Shown: positions 25,738 to 26,549 of the stretch, one piece after another
Layout of the letters: each line of letters opens with the position of its first letter
Numbering within the stretch: the stretch's first letter is position 1
Virus record (IMG/VR): IMGVR_UViG_3300011339_000624
Coordinates: 1-26,549 of that record
Direction: 5' to 3' (one strand)
Source of the DNA: a virus
Taxonomy: Duplodnaviria; Caudoviricetes
Length of the DNA: 26,549 bases
The notes under the pieces: model-generated
Told to the model about the DNA's origin: nothing
What the model saw: only the letters and a program-made list of their open reading frames with translations
Database searches by the model: none
Program-made: the position numbers and the translations under genes

Positions 25738-26135
25738 CAATCGTAACTGTGAACGCAGACCTCACAGTTCACGTTGTTTCCGATGATATGACTAAGGAGT
25801 TTTTTCTCCCTAGTTATAATCCGGAAACGATGGTTGGCTTTGCCAATTCAGGCGATGCGGAAGCGTGTGGGTATGATTTTGCAAATCGCATCAATTCTTG
25901 GCAACCATACAAATCCCCTGAAGAGCGGGAGCAAGAAAGCAACGAGCAGACCATCGCCAATAACAAGCCTATCCGCAACGCCAAGTTGGCAGAATGCGAC
26001 TGGACGCAGATCAGTGACGTTAGCCTAACTGACGATTGCAAGGCTGACTTCGCCGCATACCGCCAAGCCCTACGCGATGCCGACATGCTTGACCCGGTAT
26101 GGCCGGATGCTCCTGCTGAAGAATGGGTTGCCTAA
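25734..26135 (+). CDS. Tail fibre assembly chaperone
   Basis: RNAKLAECDWTQ..D...FAAYRQALRD...WPDAP. Confidence 0.85.
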   Translation: MTIVTVNADLTVHVVSDDMTKEFFLPSYNPETMVGFANSGDAEACGYDFANRINSWQPYKSPEEREQESNEQTIANNKPIRNAKLAECDWTQISDVSLTDDCKADFAAYRQALRDADMLDPVWPDAPAEEWVA

Positions 26136-26137
26136 CA

Positions 26138-26356
26138 ATGGACATGTCGTTCGGCTTTGATACACTTATAACTCTCATTGGTGGCGTCTTCGCCATCATT
26201 GGCGTTTGGACGCAACTTAGCAACCGTCTCGCCATCCTTGAGACGAAGCTGGAATATGGTGACGAGAAGTTCAACGCTATCGACAAGAAGTTTGACGAGG
26301 TGATGATGCACCTCCGCCGGATCGAAGACAAGCTGGATAATAAGGCAGACAGATGA
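26138..26356 (+). CDS. Single-TM coiled-coil protein (possible holin or lysis accessory)
   Basis: LITLIGGVFAIIGVW followed by a coiled coil. Confidence 0.55.
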   Translation: MDMSFGFDTLITLIGGVFAIIGVWTQLSNRLAILETKLEYGDEKFNAIDKKFDEVMMHLRRIEDKLDNKADR

Positions 26357-26549
26357 ATTTCCTAAACAATTTTGAAAGCAAGATTGATGGCGTGAATGAC
26401 ACTGTAGAGTTTGTTATTCGCGTCTCTATCATAACGCTATCGGCTGTGATCCTTGTGGTCGTGATGGCGTTGGTAGTCGGCCTGTTTTTGCCGCATGATA
26501 TTGTGGATAGCACGGCCATCCTTGAGCTGCTTACCCCAGCGTTCCAGAC
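26353..26549 (+). CDS. Membrane protein, 3'-truncated (possible holin)
   Basis: ATGA overlap; MNFLNNFESKIDG...VIRVSIITLSAVILVVVMALVVGLFL..., open to the window end. Confidence 0.6.
   Translation, partial: MNFLNNFESKIDGVNDTVEFVIRVSIITLSAVILVVVMALVVGLFLPHDIVDSTAILELLTPAFQ

Overview
This window is a ~26.5 kb fragment of a tailed dsDNA bacteriophage genome, probably with a podovirus-like virion. An alphaproteobacterial host is a weak inference from a GcrA/Myb-like regulator. Left to right it contains: (i) a replication module (5'-truncated SNF2 helicase, HNH-AP2 endonuclease, DUF2815 SSB, DUF2800 Cas4-like nuclease, Leu762-type PolA, multi-HTH regulator, prim-pol/SF3 primase-helicase, DUF3310); (ii) a symmetric 6+6 GGGACG repeat array around a palindrome, probably the origin; (iii) a ~2.6 kb minus-strand operon of tiny ORFs that ends in the small terminase; (iv) a palindrome- and G/C-run-rich intergenic region followed by a serine recombinase overlapping terL; (v) a candidate promoter-driven small RNA with an all-pyrimidine, anti-Shine-Dalgarno-like loop; and (vi) head, tail and putative lysis genes. 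All protein family calls come from motif recognition by eye, with no database searches. No tRNA, rRNA or CRISPR array was seen.
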